From NCBI GenBank assembly GCA_019058245.1, contig JAHPZJ010000017.1, positions 43,134 to 107,133 of the forward strand: a stretch of 64,000 bases of DNA, written 5' to 3'. A program made the translations under genes and the position numbers. The notes beneath the pieces were generated by a model. That model did no database searches, had not been told where the DNA came from, and saw nothing but the letters and a program-made list of their open reading frames with translations. The stretch comes from Promethearchaeota archaeon. GTDB lineage: Archaea > Asgardarchaeota > Lokiarchaeia > Sigyniarchaeales > SOKP01. Of the stretch, positions 51,713 to 61,983 are shown in pieces. The stretch's first letter is position 1, and each line of letters opens with the position of its first letter.

Positions 51713-53590
51713 TTAAGAATTTTCAATCTTTTTTTTTAGTAATCTCACTGTAAAAGTAGCGCCTTTATTTCTTCCCTCAGATTCGACATAAATTTGTCCA
51801 CCATGTAACTCTACTATTTCTTTTGATATATATAAACCGAGCCCAGATCCTTCAATATCTACACCTAAATCCATTCCATGTCTCTCTATTTTTCCAAATT
51901 TTTCAAATAATTTCTCCTTTTCTTTCTCGGTTATTCCCACTCCTGAGTCTTTTATTCGAACATCAATATAATCAGCTTTTTCAACAAGATAAATAAAAAT
52001 TTCACCCTCTATCGGATTGTTATTAATTGCGTTTGAAATAATATTTATAAGAACTTGTCTGAACCTAAGTCTATCTATATCGGCATAGATTTCATTTGGA
52101 ATCTCGAGTTTTAACTTCAGTTGACGATTAGTGGCTAAGTATTTCATATCATTTATACAATCAACTAAAAGTTCTGACAAATTTTCTTTTTGAAATTTTA
52201 AATTTAGTTTTTTAGATTCCAATCTTGAAGCATCTAATAAATTATCAATTAGATGTTTTAAACGAAGAGAACCACGATGTCCTATTTCAAGATATTTTTG
52301 TGCTTCTATTCCAATTTCATGCAGGTAAAATTTATTTAGGATTTGATAAGCACCATATATTGATGTCATTGGAGTTTTTAATTCATGAGACAATCGTATT
52401 ATCAGATCTTTCCTAAGTTCATGAAGTTCTAACAATCTTTTGTTTTCTTCAATAATTATCTGCTCGGCTTCTTTTTCATCAGTAATATCTTTGGCTAATA
52501 CTAAATCTGCAGGTTTACCATCAAAAATAATAGTTTTTGAAAAAAGATCTACCCACATAACTTCTCCATTTTTTTTAAGAGCACGATACTTATAATTACT
52601 TATTGCATTTATATATCCTTCCTGTTTTTTCCTAGCTTGTTCCATAACAAACGCTCTATCATCAGGATGAATTCCTTTTATAAATTCATCAGGACCCCAA
52701 TTTCTTATTTCCTCCGCAGAAAATCCTGTACTTCTGGGTAATTCTTCGTTAAAATATTTTATTGTTCCATCTTGAATAACAAATATGCTCATTAATGACT
52801 GTTCAGTAATAACTCTAAATCTTTCCTCTGATTCTTTTATCTTTTGAATTGTTATTTTACGCTTAGTAATGTCTCGTATAAAAACTAAAACCTGATCTTC
52901 AGAAAAATATAAATGTCGAGCTTCAAAATAACGAGTTGAACCCTTAATTTGAAGATCAAAATCTACTGTTAATGGTTCATGTGTTTCTAATGTTTTACTT
53001 ATGCTTTTTGTACTAAGATCAATTATATGTTTTGGGAAACTGTTTCTGATATTCTTACCAACAAAGGTTTCTAATGGAAAATTGAAATCCTCAATATTCC
53101 CTCTATAGTCTAAGATGGTGCCATCCTTAGAAACTAAGAAAAATAAATCTGGTATACTCTCAAATATTCTTCGAGACTTATGCGCTGATTCCACTATCTG
53201 TTGTTCTACTTCTTTATAAGTTGATACATCATGACCAATCCCAAGTGTTGCATAATAATTACCTTCTTTTTTTAATGGAATCGTTTTCACTTCAATATAA
53301 ATTATCGTACCATTTTTTTTTCTTACTTTGTATGTTTTGGGTATTTTAACAGCTCCAGTTTTCCTTTCCTTTTTAAGTTCATCAGAAATAATAGAGGGTA
53401 CTTCCTCAAACAATAAATCGGTAATCTTCATTCCATATAGTTCTTTTTTAGAATATGCAAATTTTCGAATAAAAACATCATTAGCATCAAGGATATTCCC
53501 ATTTTTATCGTGAAGATATATATGATCGTAGGAATTCTCAAATATTTCCTTAAGATAATTAGTATATCCTTGAACTATACTCCTCATCAA
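51713..53590 (-). CDS. Three-PAS sensor histidine kinase (canonical HisKA)
   Basis: SHELKTPMT H-box, NIISNA, DSGVGI, GSGLGL. Confidence 0.93.
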   Translation of the reverse strand: MMRSIVQGYTNYLKEIFENSYDHIYLHDKNGNILDANDVFIRKFAYSKKELYGMKITDLLFEEVPSIISDELKKERKTGAVKIPKTYKVRKKNGTIIYIEVKTIPLKKEGNYYATLGIGHDVSTYKEVEQQIVESAHKSRRIFESIPDLFFLVSKDGTILDYRGNIEDFNFPLETFVGKNIRNSFPKHIIDLSTKSISKTLETHEPLTVDFDLQIKGSTRYFEARHLYFSEDQVLVFIRDITKRKITIQKIKESEERFRVITEQSLMSIFVIQDGTIKYFNEELPRSTGFSAEEIRNWGPDEFIKGIHPDDRAFVMEQARKKQEGYINAISNYKYRALKKNGEVMWVDLFSKTIIFDGKPADLVLAKDITDEKEAEQIIIEENKRLLELHELRKDLIIRLSHELKTPMTSIYGAYQILNKFYLHEIGIEAQKYLEIGHRGSLRLKHLIDNLLDASRLESKKLNLKFQKENLSELLVDCINDMKYLATNRQLKLKLEIPNEIYADIDRLRFRQVLINIISNAINNNPIEGEIFIYLVEKADYIDVRIKDSGVGITEKEKEKLFEKFGKIERHGMDLGVDIEGSGLGLYISKEIVELHGGQIYVESEGRNKGATFTVRLLKKKIENS

Positions 53591-54106
53591 GAAAACCGAT
53601 CTATGTTAATAAATTTTAATCAAAATCTTTTTTATAATAATTTCCCTTAAAAAAAATTTAAGAGTATTCACTCAAAATATTAGATAAAGTTTTGATTATT
53701 ATACCTTTTGTATTTTTTTTTGTATTTGGTTTTGTGGAAACAAATCATTTTAGATATAATTTTTTTATCTTAAGTATAATTAATCAATTATTTGCTAAAA
53801 TCAAATCAAGATTACATAATATTGACTATATCTAAACATAAAATTTAAAAAAATTATTCAAATCTAGCTAAAAAAATGTTTTTAGTATCGATTATAAATA
53901 TATATCATGCTATTATCATTATTTATCCTTAGCGTATATTTTATTTTGGATATTGCTGTATCTTTATTATTTTAAAATGGTTCACTTTTACAACTTACTT
54001 TTTTTTGCTTCATTATAACTAAAATCATAATAACATATAAAGAAAAGATTTTTATAGATATCTAAATCAATTTACAATGATAATTCAATATAAGTGGTGA
54101 AAAATT

Positions 54107-54262
54107 ATGGTTCATTGTCATGAAATGAAAGAAGGGGATGTTTATGTTTGTGAAGATTGTGGTCTTGAATTAACAGTTTCGAAAGGTTGTGATTGTGCCG
54201 ATGAAAGTGCTTGTTCAGATATGGGGTTTACCTGTTGTGGCGGAGATATGAAAAAAAAATAA
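54107..54262 (+). CDS. 51-aa Cys-rich desulforedoxin/metallothionein-like microprotein
   Basis: MVHCHEMKEGDVYVCEDCGLELTVSKGCDCADESACSDMGFTCCGGDMKKK (8 Cys). GTGGTGA SD upstream, T-tracts downstream. Not in the ORF track. Confidence 0.8.
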   Translation: MVHCHEMKEGDVYVCEDCGLELTVSKGCDCADESACSDMGFTCCGGDMKKK

Positions 54263-54412
54263 ATATTACATTTTTACTTTTTTTTTTAATATTTTTAACT
54301 ATTATTTTCCCTATTTTTCAATAAGAACTATATTTCCTAAGAGATACAAGTTCTAAAAGCTTTATTACCTTGCATATATTATTAATATATATTAAAAAAA
54401 TACTGATTTAAT

Positions 54413-55180
54413 ATGTCGCTACCATCAAAAAAAGCTATTCAAGTGGATGAGAATACAATAGACTATGAATATAAAATGTTAAACCATGTTATGCAACTCC
54501 GATATCATGAAGACAAATGTGTGGACTGTGGGTTTTGTCATCGTGTTTGTCCAGTTACAGTTTCAATCTATGATGAACCCTTAAAAAAAACTGCTATAGG
54601 TACCCCAGAGGAGATGAAAATTGACTCTGATAAAAAGATAGTTGTTGACACAGAAAAGTGTGTATGGTGTGGTTGTTGTACGTGGATTTGCCCAGGTTAT
54701 ACACTAGAACTTTTCATTAATGGTGAAAAGAAACTAAATGTTGTTGAAAATGGTTCGCTTCCTGAATTTGAGGAAGAAGTGAGGACTTTAGAAAATGGTC
54801 AAAAAGTTAGAAAAGTAGTAGAAGGATCTATTACGATTACTTGTAATGAGAAAGATACGAAGACAATCGATGATTTTTGCGATGAATGTTCAGTTAGTGC
54901 AATGGAGAGAAAAGGAAAGGAAATTGAAGTCGATAAAGACAAATGTATTCTGTGTTTTAAATGTTCCGAAGCAGCTAAGAAATATGAGAATATTAGTGTT
55001 GAGGTTCATCGAGATCGATTTAAGAATATAAAGGGTGAACCTTCTTCTGTATGGAATGGCATCATGTTAAGAGTTCTTGGCAAAGAAGGTAAAGTTAAAG
55101 GTATTTTAAGTCGAAGTCAAAATAAACTTTCTGATGCAGTTATGCGCTTAATGGGAAAGGGATTTGAAGAAGAAGCGTAA
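54413..55180 (+). CDS. 4Fe-4S polyferredoxin-like protein
   Basis: CVDCGFCHRVCP, CVWCGCCTWICP, CILCFKC. Confidence 0.82.
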   Translation: MSLPSKKAIQVDENTIDYEYKMLNHVMQLRYHEDKCVDCGFCHRVCPVTVSIYDEPLKKTAIGTPEEMKIDSDKKIVVDTEKCVWCGCCTWICPGYTLELFINGEKKLNVVENGSLPEFEEEVRTLENGQKVRKVVEGSITITCNEKDTKTIDDFCDECSVSAMERKGKEIEVDKDKCILCFKCSEAAKKYENISVEVHRDRFKNIKGEPSSVWNGIMLRVLGKEGKVKGILSRSQNKLSDAVMRLMGKGFEEEA

Positions 55181-55611
55181 TTTTTCGATCTTTTATCCTA
55201 TTTTTATTATATCATCCATATAATTATTGCAACTCTAATTTATTCTGTTGAAATAAATGTAAACCATTAATTATTTGATTTCTTATATTACTTTTATAAA
55301 TCAGGGCAATTAGGCTTAAAATTTAAAATACTATATCCTTTATTACTAATATTTTTCAAAAAAAAATATAATAACAATTTATTGGACAATACAAGTTTTT
55401 GTTTTTATTGAGAATGATAAATTTTTTTGATTTTTTTTTTTAAACTTGAAATCTGATTGAATTTTAAATTTACTATGAATAGAATTTTCTCAAGTCATTC
55501 GACCATTTAAAAAAATTTAAAACTAAAAGATTAAAAAACTATCTACCACATATTTAGATTGTTATTTCTAATAAAACAAAACCTATTTAAAAAATGATAA
55601 AGTGATATAAA

Positions 55612-56619
55612 ATGGCAAAAAGAGTTGCAATCAACGGTTTCGGGCGTATAGGACGTCTATTTTTCCGAGCTGTTTATGATAATTTCTGGAATGATATTGA
55701 TGTTGTGTCAATCAATGATCTTTTTGAACCAAAATATTTGGCGTATGCGTTAAAATATGACTCTGTCTTTGGAAGATTTAAAGGAAAAGTAGAATCTACT
55801 GAAAACTCATTGATAATTGATGGTAAGAATATACCAATAACTGCTGAGAGAGATCCTGCAGCTTTACCACATGCTAGCAATAATATTGATGTTGCTGTTG
55901 AATCTACTGGTCGATTCGTAAATAGAGAAGGAGCTAGCAAACATTTAACTGCTGGTGCAAAAAGAGTTTTAATTAGTGCTCCTGCTACAGATCCAGATAT
56001 TACAGTTGTAATGGGATGTAATGATGATAAATTAACAAGTGATCATAAAATTATTTCAAATGCATCTTGTACTACTAATTGTTTAGCTCCCATAGTAAAA
56101 GTTTTACAAGAATCTGTAAAAATTAAGTACGGTATAATGACTACAATACATTCGTATACTAATGATCAATCCACAGCAGATATAGCACGTGCTGGAACTC
56201 CAGAGAAAATGATCCGAGGAAGAGCTGCCGCAGCCAACATGATCCCAACTTCAACGGGAGCAGCTAAAGCTATTGGATTGGTTTTTCCTGAATTGCAAGG
56301 AAAATTAGATGGAATAGCAATGAGAGTTCCAACTCCAGATGGTAGTGTTGTAGATCTTAAAGCAGTAGTTGAGAATCCAATCTCAGCAGCAGAGATTAAT
56401 GCAAAGATGAGAGAAGCAGCTAATGGATCCTTAAAGGGTATCTTAGATTATACCGATGATCCAATAGTAAGTAGTGATATTGTTGGAAATCCTCATAGTT
56501 CTGTCTTTAGTAGCCTCTGGACGAAAGTAATCAATGATGAAGTTTCCGTTTTATCATGGTACGATAATGAATGGGGATTTTCTAACCGTATGGCTGAATT
56601 AATCATTAAAAAGTTATAA
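55612..56619 (+). CDS. gap: Glyceraldehyde-3-phosphate dehydrogenase, class I (bacterial/eukaryotic type)
   Basis: INGFGRIGR, SNASCTTNCLAP, STGAAKA, RVPT, SWYDNEWG. Confidence 0.97.
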   Translation: MAKRVAINGFGRIGRLFFRAVYDNFWNDIDVVSINDLFEPKYLAYALKYDSVFGRFKGKVESTENSLIIDGKNIPITAERDPAALPHASNNIDVAVESTGRFVNREGASKHLTAGAKRVLISAPATDPDITVVMGCNDDKLTSDHKIISNASCTTNCLAPIVKVLQESVKIKYGIMTTIHSYTNDQSTADIARAGTPEKMIRGRAAAANMIPTSTGAAKAIGLVFPELQGKLDGIAMRVPTPDGSVVDLKAVVENPISAAEINAKMREAANGSLKGILDYTDDPIVSSDIVGNPHSSVFSSLWTKVINDEVSVLSWYDNEWGFSNRMAELIIKKL

Positions 56620-56775
56620 TTCTTATATTATTTAATTCTTTTTTTTCATTTTCTCTATTATCAATAACTTGCTTTTGAAAAAGAAAGTAATAAAGATCTT
56701 TAAATAAATATTCAATTTCTTTTAAAATTTGTAAAAGAATAATCCTTTTAAAGTTCTTTAAATAATAATTAATCC

Positions 56776-57723
56776 ATGAATCTTAGCACAGGAAAACCGA
56801 TCGAATTAACAGACAAAAGATTATTTGATGAATATTTTGAAAAGTATCCACCAGAAATCTCTGAATTTACTTTCACTAACCTTTTCATGTGGAGGAATTA
56901 TTATAATTTCTCATTTATCGTATTTAAGGAACATTTAATCCTATTTTCTTATGATTATTTGAAGAATAGAAGAAAGCCTATAAATACAGACTCAGATGAT
57001 TATCTTTATTTTTTTCCTCCAATTGGTCCAAGTCCTGATAAAATCATTCTTGAATTATTTGAAAATCTTGAGAATATAGAGGTTCATAGGGTTCCAGAAG
57101 ATATCTATGAAAAACTAAAGGAAAGTAAGAATTTTACCAAATTAAATTTAAAATGTCTTGAAGATCGGAATAATTGGGATTATGTCCATGATAAAGAAGA
57201 AATACTAAATTTAGCGGGAAATAAATATCGGCAAAATAGAAGATGGTTACAGAAATTCAAAAACACCTACGATTACGATTTCCAATTATTATCAGTAGAT
57301 CTCGTTGAAAAATGTAAAGAATTGCAGCTTGAATGGTGCATCATACAAGCATGTACAGAAGATGAAAGTTTAGATGCTGAACAAGATGCAATCTACGAAG
57401 CCTTAAATAATTTTAACGCTCTTGGATTTAGTGGAGGTATAATATGTGTGGATAATAGATGCGCGGCGTATACTTTTGGTGAAATGCTAAATAATGATAC
57501 TTTAGTGATTCATATAGAGAAAGCCCATAAGGAATATGAAGGGTCTTATCAAGCTATTAATAATTTCTTCTTAAAAAATTCTTATGAAAGTGCAATTTAT
57601 GTTAATAGAGAACAAGATTTAGGTATAGAGGGTTTGAGAAGAGCGAAAGAATCCTATAAACCCATTCATATGATCAAAAAGAGTATTATTTATAGGAGAA
57701 GAATAGAAAACAATCCATATTGA
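56776..57723 (+). CDS. DUF2156 (aminoacyl-transferase-like GNAT) domain protein
   Basis: SEFTFTNLFMW, WDYV, IHIEKA, NREQDLGIEGLRRAKESYKP. Confidence 0.85.
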   Translation: MNLSTGKPIELTDKRLFDEYFEKYPPEISEFTFTNLFMWRNYYNFSFIVFKEHLILFSYDYLKNRRKPINTDSDDYLYFFPPIGPSPDKIILELFENLENIEVHRVPEDIYEKLKESKNFTKLNLKCLEDRNNWDYVHDKEEILNLAGNKYRQNRRWLQKFKNTYDYDFQLLSVDLVEKCKELQLEWCIIQACTEDESLDAEQDAIYEALNNFNALGFSGGIICVDNRCAAYTFGEMLNNDTLVIHIEKAHKEYEGSYQAINNFFLKNSYESAIYVNREQDLGIEGLRRAKESYKPIHMIKKSIIYRRRIENNPY

Positions 57724-57827
57724 ATTCTTTATATATTTATTCAATGTTATCTTATGTTTTCTTATAAGTTTAAAACAATTGGATATTTTAGAAGAGGACT
57801 ATTTAGGAAGTTTAAAGGGATCTAGTC

Positions 57828-58238
57828 ATGGTTAAAGCTATTCAAGATTTGTGGATTCAAAGAAACGATGGAATTGTTATATTTAGCAGAGTTTTCCATC
57901 AAAAAATAGAAGACCAACTATTTGGAGCCCTTTTAAGTGCTCTTAAATCATTTGCTCATGAGATTACTAATGGAGAATTAACTAATTTTGAGATAAAAAA
58001 TATTCGCTTTACAATTATCAAAAGAGAAAGTCTTTTCTTTATAGCAAATTCTTCAAAAAAATATAAAGAAAAGAAAATTTTAGCAGAATTAGAGACTATT
58101 GCTCAGAGATTCTTAGAGGAATTTCCTGAAACAAAAAATCATAATTGGAATGGATGTATTGATGAATATAAACCTTTCGAGAGTAAAATCACTGATACTT
58201 TAGAGGATCCAGTTAAAAAATTCTGGGACGATTTTTAA
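57828..58238 (+). CDS. Longin-like domain protein
   Basis: LWIQRNDGIVIFSR, DQLFGALLSALKSFA, beta strands followed by LETIAQRFLEEF helix, as in Asgard longins. Confidence 0.72.
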   Translation: MVKAIQDLWIQRNDGIVIFSRVFHQKIEDQLFGALLSALKSFAHEITNGELTNFEIKNIRFTIIKRESLFFIANSSKKYKEKKILAELETIAQRFLEEFPETKNHNWNGCIDEYKPFESKITDTLEDPVKKFWDDF

Positions 58239-58385
58239 TAATTAATCTAGCTCGCAGAAATACTTATCTGATTGTTTTCCTTCTTTCAAAAACAAGAAAG
58301 GGAAAATAATGGATTTATAAATGTTTACATTAATATATGTAAAATTACTTATAATACTAAAAAATCGAATAATTTGTGAAAGTAT

Positions 58386-60044
58386 ATGTCAGATGAAGGT
58401 GCACAAGAAGAAAAACCAATAGGTAGATTAACTGGAAAGACGACAGCTCACACGGTTACTGTGGTATTTGAGGGACCTTCAGTTGAGAGGAATAACTACT
58501 TAGTAATTTATAGTAAAAAAGATGAAAAAGGTGAGAAACAATATTATGTACTTTATATAACAGAGATGTGGACAGATGAGAAAGGACGTATGGCAAAATT
58601 AGGAGTACTGGGAGAAAGGCCAACAAGACCTTTTGAAATTGGAGCAGATGTCTTTATGGCAAAAGAAGAACAAATTTCTAAAATCTTAGGAATATTTAAT
58701 CCCCCTGAAGAATCTCTTTCCTTAGGAAAATTAATCGGTTATCCTTATGAAGTATATCTATTAATTAAAAACTTTGGTAGAATTTTCATTACTGGAAAAT
58801 CTGGTTCGGGTAAATCTTATACAATGGGGGTTTTATGTGAGGAATTTCTTAAAAAAGGAATTCCTCTTGTGATTTTGGATAGACATGGTGAATATGGTAG
58901 TTTAAAAGTGGCAGGTGAAGATTTACCGGAAGGAGAAAGTGAGTTTGTAGATAGAATAGTTGAATTTTCTGATTTGAAAAAGAACAAGGGTGGAGATGTT
59001 GATATTGAATACTTATTTTCATTAAAACCTTCGGATATTGTTGCTCCTAATTTATGTACTGTAGTTAATCTAAATGGTATGGCTCTAGAAGTTCAAGAGG
59101 CGATAGCAGGTAAATTATTAAAGAAATTATATGATGCTAGCACAACAAGAACAATTCCTCCTTTTTATTTGTTTTTAGATGAAGCTCATTTATTCGCTGG
59201 AAAAAAACAGACAGAAACTTGTGAAGTTGTTAAATTATTTGCTCAAGAGGGGAGAAAATTTGGAGCGAATATTGTTATAGGCACACAACGTCCTCAATTA
59301 TTAGATACAACTATTAGAGCTCAAGCAGGGACTTGGGTTGTTCATAATTTATCAGATATAAGAGATATTGGAATCACAATTTCCAGTGCTGAAGATTTGA
59401 GTAATGAAAATAAATCAGATATTTCAGGATTAGACAAAGGGCAGGCTATTATCTGCGGAGAAGCTGTTAAAGGAATTCCTTTATTTGTAAAAATCAGAAT
59501 AAGAAGAACAAAGCATGGTGGAGTCAGTTTTAATCCGTTAGATTTCCTTTCAGAGAGTACGGTCGAGGAGCTTCAAAAACGCAAGGAACGCCTTCTGGGT
59601 GGAAAATCCGCCGATGAATTAGAAACTGGAAAGTCTATGTTTGAAGAAATGTTGGAACCAAAAAAAGCTGCAGATTATTTAGATGAGATTGCAGCTCTTA
59701 AAGTAAGAATACAAGAATTAGAGGATGAAGTTTCACGTTTAAAAGAAAAAGTTGCTGATGTTAAAGAAGGAAAAGATATTCCTCTTATAGCTACAGATGA
59801 AACAATAGAAGAATTGCAGACGGAAATAAACGTATGGAAAGAGAAATACAATTTCTTGAAAGAAATGGCTGAAAAAGGCGGAGATGATATGATTCCATTA
59901 GATGAAGACAGCGAAAAAGTATTAGATTTAAATAATCGAATTATCGAACTTGAAGCACAAGTTAAAAAATATAAATCAAGATCAGATGATGCACTAATTT
60001 TAGCTGAAAAGTCGATAGCTGAACTTAAAAAGAGAAAGAAATAA
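58386..60044 (+). CDS. HerA/FtsK-family ATPase (DUF87) with C-terminal coiled coil
   Basis: Walker A GKSGSGKS, DRHGEY, Walker B FLDEAH, EGRKFG, TQRP. Confidence 0.88.
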   Translation: MSDEGAQEEKPIGRLTGKTTAHTVTVVFEGPSVERNNYLVIYSKKDEKGEKQYYVLYITEMWTDEKGRMAKLGVLGERPTRPFEIGADVFMAKEEQISKILGIFNPPEESLSLGKLIGYPYEVYLLIKNFGRIFITGKSGSGKSYTMGVLCEEFLKKGIPLVILDRHGEYGSLKVAGEDLPEGESEFVDRIVEFSDLKKNKGGDVDIEYLFSLKPSDIVAPNLCTVVNLNGMALEVQEAIAGKLLKKLYDASTTRTIPPFYLFLDEAHLFAGKKQTETCEVVKLFAQEGRKFGANIVIGTQRPQLLDTTIRAQAGTWVVHNLSDIRDIGITISSAEDLSNENKSDISGLDKGQAIICGEAVKGIPLFVKIRIRRTKHGGVSFNPLDFLSESTVEELQKRKERLLGGKSADELETGKSMFEEMLEPKKAADYLDEIAALKVRIQELEDEVSRLKEKVADVKEGKDIPLIATDETIEELQTEINVWKEKYNFLKEMAEKGGDDMIPLDEDSEKVLDLNNRIIELEAQVKKYKSRSDDALILAEKSIAELKKRKK

Positions 60045-60238
60045 TAGAGATTCTAATTAATTTAAGATGCTGAATATTTTCCATCTTTTTTCAATTTTTT
60101 AAAAATCTTCGAGAAGATTATAAGGATTATTTGAGAATTAACTGTTGAAGTCCTGTAATAAAAATAGTAAAATTTTATCATCTCCATAAATAAATCTAAT
60201 TATTTTATATTTTTCTGTGGAATTTTGTTAAAATTAAG

Positions 60239-61690
60239 TTATTCTTTGAGGATTAAATCTTCTTCCGGAATATCAATTATTTCTTTTTCAATGAATTTCT
60301 TCTCTAATGTAATTCGACTTAGAAAGAATAAGCTTATTAAGTAGAAAAGTGCCATTGAAGCTAATGTGAGAGTAATTATAATAGGATTTTCTTTATTATC
60401 TCCCGTAAGAACTACTCCTATTAAGATTGAAGCGAATGATTGCCCAATTGCCATAATAAAGGCACCTAAACCAAAATATCCTCCAGAAATCCTTGAAACA
60501 TTTTCCTCAAAATCAGATTCTTCTACCTTATCCGCAGCTTCGTACACTAAAACGCTTGTTAAAGGAGGATTAAATAATCCCGCGCCATACATAGAGCCCA
60601 AAACTGTACCCATAGTACAAATGAATAAAACAGTTACAAATTCAAAAGATAAACCTTCAATTAAAAATATTAATTCCATAAAAGAAGCGATCACTGAGGC
60701 TGATATACATACTTTATAGGTTTTAAGGATTGAATTCTTTTTAAGTAATTTCCGCCAGATATAAAATCCAATAAATTTGCTTGAAAATGAAACTATAACA
60801 TAAATGTAATATTTAGGTCCCGTAAACAGGAGAACGTAAATTAGAAAAGGTATTACTATAGCCCCTAAAATTTTGCCTGATATCCCATTAAAGAGTCTTA
60901 CACCCAGATATTTTCTAAATTTTTTATCGCTAAAGGGTGCTCCCATTTGCTTTAAATAATCTTTAAAACTGATTTTACTACGACTAATATCTTGATTTTT
61001 CAGGTTATGAAAACTCTCATCTACGGAAAAAAATGTTATTATAATTGTTATTAATCCAAAAATTGCAAAAGCTATACCTATCAATGGGATAGTTGCAATG
61101 ATTATCTTTCCTGAAGGTTCCCAATATTTTACATGTTTTGGTTCAGGTAAAAAACTTTGTATCATTAATGGAAGCATTAGTGCTAAACCTGATGCTATTA
61201 TTTGTAAAAAAGTTGTTGCGGCAGCAATTTTCTGTCTATTTTGATGAGTTTGCGATTGTTCAGTCAACATAGAAAGATGGACAGTTATAATTGATGCTCC
61301 TGTTATAGCCTTAATAATTAAAAAAATCCAAAGAAATATCGCAGTAGGCAGATATAATGAATTATTTTGGGGGCATTTAGGAGGAAACCAAATAATAATA
61401 CTAGATAATACCCATAACGGCAACCCATACAAAAGAAACGGTCGGCGTTTTCCAAATTTTCCTGGTTTTTTGTTATCAGCAAGTATTCCAAAAACTATTG
61501 AAGAAATTGCGTTAAGAATAAGCTGTAAGGAGACCCCTACCGAAGTCAGGATTGAATCTAAATTAACTGTATAAACATAATATTGAAGCACAAATGTACC
61601 CACCAACATGTTTGCCATAATAATACCGAAGTTACCTAAGACATATCCTATAAGTGATTTTCCATGTAATTCTCTTGGTGCTTCTACCAT
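60239..61690 (-). CDS. MFS/GPH-family (MelB-like) transporter
   Basis: About 12 TM segments; GILADNKKPGKFGKRRPF motif. Confidence 0.88.
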   Translation of the reverse strand: MVEAPRELHGKSLIGYVLGNFGIIMANMLVGTFVLQYYVYTVNLDSILTSVGVSLQLILNAISSIVFGILADNKKPGKFGKRRPFLLYGLPLWVLSSIIIWFPPKCPQNNSLYLPTAIFLWIFLIIKAITGASIITVHLSMLTEQSQTHQNRQKIAAATTFLQIIASGLALMLPLMIQSFLPEPKHVKYWEPSGKIIIATIPLIGIAFAIFGLITIIITFFSVDESFHNLKNQDISRSKISFKDYLKQMGAPFSDKKFRKYLGVRLFNGISGKILGAIVIPFLIYVLLFTGPKYYIYVIVSFSSKFIGFYIWRKLLKKNSILKTYKVCISASVIASFMELIFLIEGLSFEFVTVLFICTMGTVLGSMYGAGLFNPPLTSVLVYEAADKVEESDFEENVSRISGGYFGLGAFIMAIGQSFASILIGVVLTGDNKENPIIITLTLASMALFYLISLFFLSRITLEKKFIEKEIIDIPEEDLILKE

Positions 61691-61983
61691 ATCAATATAA
61701 AGTGTATTTTAAAAATTAACTTTTCGATTTCATAAAGAATAAATAAAATAAGTAGAAATTTTGAATGAAATTTTTAATCTTCTTTTATATCGCCTCTCAT
61801 TTCAAAACTTTTTTTTCATCATTATTCCAAAACTAATAAATAAGGTAATAGAAATTATAGATAAAATTTTTTTTAAGTATCTTTACTAATAAAATTTGGA
61901 TTTCATTCTCTTTGTTTTATTTAACTCTATGTATAATTTACAATTAAAAATTTTAAATTAGATTAAGTCTTATTTTTGTAATA

